DNA of 24,820 nucleotides, taken from Thermoplasmata archaeon (GTDB lineage Archaea > Thermoplasmatota > Thermoplasmata > SG8-5 > JAGLSY01). Below the pieces are notes generated by a model that worked only from the letters and a program-made list of their open reading frames with translations, did no database searches and was not told the DNA's origin. Position 1 is the first letter of the stretch. Each line of letters opens with the position of its first letter. This document shows, one piece after another, positions 23,180 through 24,820 of this stretch. The DNA lies in the NCBI GenBank assembly GCA_023135545.1, contig JAGLSY010000004.1, positions 1 through 24,820 on the forward strand, written 5' to 3'. The translations under genes and the position numbers were made by a program.

Positions 23180-23431
23180 TCATGAAAACTCTTTCCGTTT
23201 TTCATTGAGCTCCTTTCTCAGCCTTTTGGCTTTCTCCGGACTGTATATGCAGTTCTCAATGCATATTTCGATGAGCTCACGATATTTTGTAGGAGAGACG
23301 GATTCCTCGGTCTCATTCATCAGCTTGAGTTGCTGTTTAAGGACAAAACCACCAATGGGACCGGCCTCATCTACCAGTTTTCTTTTCATGTAGGATATGA
23401 AGTTCAAGCTATTCTCATCACTCATCATCAT
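23180..23431 (-). CDS. Small helical hypothetical protein (~81-83 aa)
   Basis: Clean ORF with a TATA-like TTTATA upstream. LVDEAGPIGGFVLKQQLK resembles small archaeal helical-bundle proteins; no family is firmly recognised. Confidence 0.7.
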   Translation of the reverse strand: MMMSDENSLNFISYMKRKLVDEAGPIGGFVLKQQLKLMNETEESVSPTKYRELIEICIENCIYSPEKAKRLRKELNEKRKEFS

Positions 23432-23485
23432 TCAAATAAGAGAAGTTTTATTAATAATTATTCTTAATACTATAAAGCCTACAAC

Positions 23486-24244
23486 TCACTTCCTTCCACG
23501 AACAACCAGCCGTCTTGCATTCTGGTCATATGGCACGCCTTCGAAATTGCCAAATACCTTAACATCTCTGAATCCGCAATCTTCAAGAAGCGATTTTAGC
23601 TCTATGGCCGAGTAGAGCCTGTGCGAAACCATGTATTCCTGCCTTTCACCGCTTTTAGAGATACGTATCCAGCGGTTGTCGAGCCAGCTCCAGTCCTTTG
23701 TGATTTTCCGCTCCTGCAAAAGCAAGGTTCCGTTCTGTTCCTCCCGCCAGTCCCTTTCCTGGTAGATGCGGGCGATCACTTCCTTACCGCCCATGTCCAT
23801 CAAGAAAACTCCGCCAGACTTCAAGGAATTATATACATTCATCACGACCTGTTTATCTTCCTCTGGGTCTTCGAAATATCCGAATGAAGTGAAAAGATTA
23901 ATTGCCGCGTCGAAGGTATCTGGCCTGATGAAGGTCCTCATGTCACCTTCGAGAAGTTCGAGATCCAGGTTATCATCGGCGGCCTTCTGCCGGGCAATAT
24001 CCAGATATGTTTTTGTCCTGTCCACACCAGTAACTTTGTATCCGATTCGTGCCATTTCCAAAGAATGTCTTCCGACACCACAGCAAAGGTCTAGGATGTG
24101 AGAGTCTGGCTCAATCCCTAGCATTGCAATTATATCTGCGACTTCTTTCGGAGTCTCTTCCCTTCTGGCTTCGCTGAACATAGTATCGGCAAATGTATTC
24201 CAGAATTCAGTATCTTCATGCCAAAGTTTGCCATTTTCTTGCAT
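23486..24244 (-). CDS. Class I SAM-dependent methyltransferase
   Basis: ILDLCCGVGRHS (motif I), VTGVD, EGDMR and INLFTSFGYF; GGTGTGA RBS. Confidence 0.92.
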   Translation of the reverse strand: MQENGKLWHEDTEFWNTFADTMFSEARREETPKEVADIIAMLGIEPDSHILDLCCGVGRHSLEMARIGYKVTGVDRTKTYLDIARQKAADDNLDLELLEGDMRTFIRPDTFDAAINLFTSFGYFEDPEEDKQVVMNVYNSLKSGGVFLMDMGGKEVIARIYQERDWREEQNGTLLLQERKITKDWSWLDNRWIRISKSGERQEYMVSHRLYSAIELKSLLEDCGFRDVKVFGNFEGVPYDQNARRLVVRGRK

Positions 24245-24257
24245 ATCATCACACCAG

Positions 24258-24731
24258 TCAAATCTCCAAACAATATATTAAATCTATCTCGGAATCTGAA
24301 AGAAGATTCCCAACTTCAGATATTTGCTCAAACCCATTTTTCTCAAAAACCCGCTTTGCCGCATCATGCTGGCTGCCGACAAATGCAAATATTCTTCTCG
24401 GTTTTATTTTGTTTGCGCGAAAAGTGTCTTTGACCGATTGAATTCCGTGTTCAATCAACAGCGAGCCAGTGCCTTTATTTCGATAGTCCTCCAAAACATG
24501 AAATTCCTCGAACTCGACAACACCGCAGTTCGGGTCTTCCTTGATGTGCCATTGCAGAGTTCCGACAATCCTGTTGCCGTCCTTGGCCAGTATTGTTGAA
24601 TTGTTAGAAAGGTAGCAGTCGATCCTGTTTTCGAGGATCTCTGGATTTGAATAATGTTTGAAGAAGGCCAGTAGTTGGGGTTTGTCGGATTTGGTTGCTG
24701 TGGTCATCTCTATTATCATATTATGGCTCAC
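24258..24731 (-). CDS. GNAT-family N-acetyltransferase
   Basis: FHVLEDYRNKGTGSLL acetyl-CoA loop and AAKRVFEKNGF. Start is GTG 24731 or ATG 24719; TTTATAAT box at 24749-24756. Confidence 0.88.
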   Translation of the reverse strand: MSHNMIIEMTTATKSDKPQLLAFFKHYSNPEILENRIDCYLSNNSTILAKDGNRIVGTLQWHIKEDPNCGVVEFEEFHVLEDYRNKGTGSLLIEHGIQSVKDTFRANKIKPRRIFAFVGSQHDAAKRVFEKNGFEQISEVGNLLSDSEIDLIYCLEI

Positions 24732-24820
24732 CTCAAGTCACTCAATCTATTATAAATCCCTAGAAAACTCAATCGTTCTTTCTGTGAATCCAAACTTTTT
24801 AAAAAATGCAACAGCAATGG

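Overview
Archaeal genomic window. GGTGA/GGAGG ribosome-binding sites, BRE-TATA promoters, mptA, a PAC2 chaperone and AcnX/UbiD point to Archaea; the style of the large secreted proteins suggests an uncultured Thermoplasmatota lineage (inference). Left arm: partial PAC2 proteasome-assembly chaperone, mptA with an unannotated 46-aa 8-Cys microprotein, a TPR protein, a 1334-aa membrane-anchored surface protein with three reelin/MAM-like jelly-roll repeats, and an ACT-domain regulator. Centre (7108-16667): a candidate extracytoplasmic thiol/metal-redox system behind a duplicated promoter. It comprises a secreted Omp28-type thioredoxin protein, a CARDB/TSP3 surface protein, a 984-aa fusion of a NapH/CcoG-type membrane polyferredoxin with a CxxC linker, two exterior thioredoxin domains and an Ig stalk, and a convergent DsbD_2-type membrane protein. 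Right arm: a membrane TPR protein, an archaeal (Aeropyrum-type) mevalonate-pathway operon ubiD-lpdD-acnXL-acnXS containing an LpdD-like prFMN chaperone, and three small accessory genes. Non-coding highlights: two dispersed copies of a micro-ORF plus covarying-hairpin element (16759-16882, 22748-22951), a GC-rich structured tract (22984-23139), and ~9-nt GAGTT repeats after the stop codons of convergent genes. No rRNA, tRNA, CRISPR array or transposase was seen. All family assignments are by eye from motifs; no searches were run.
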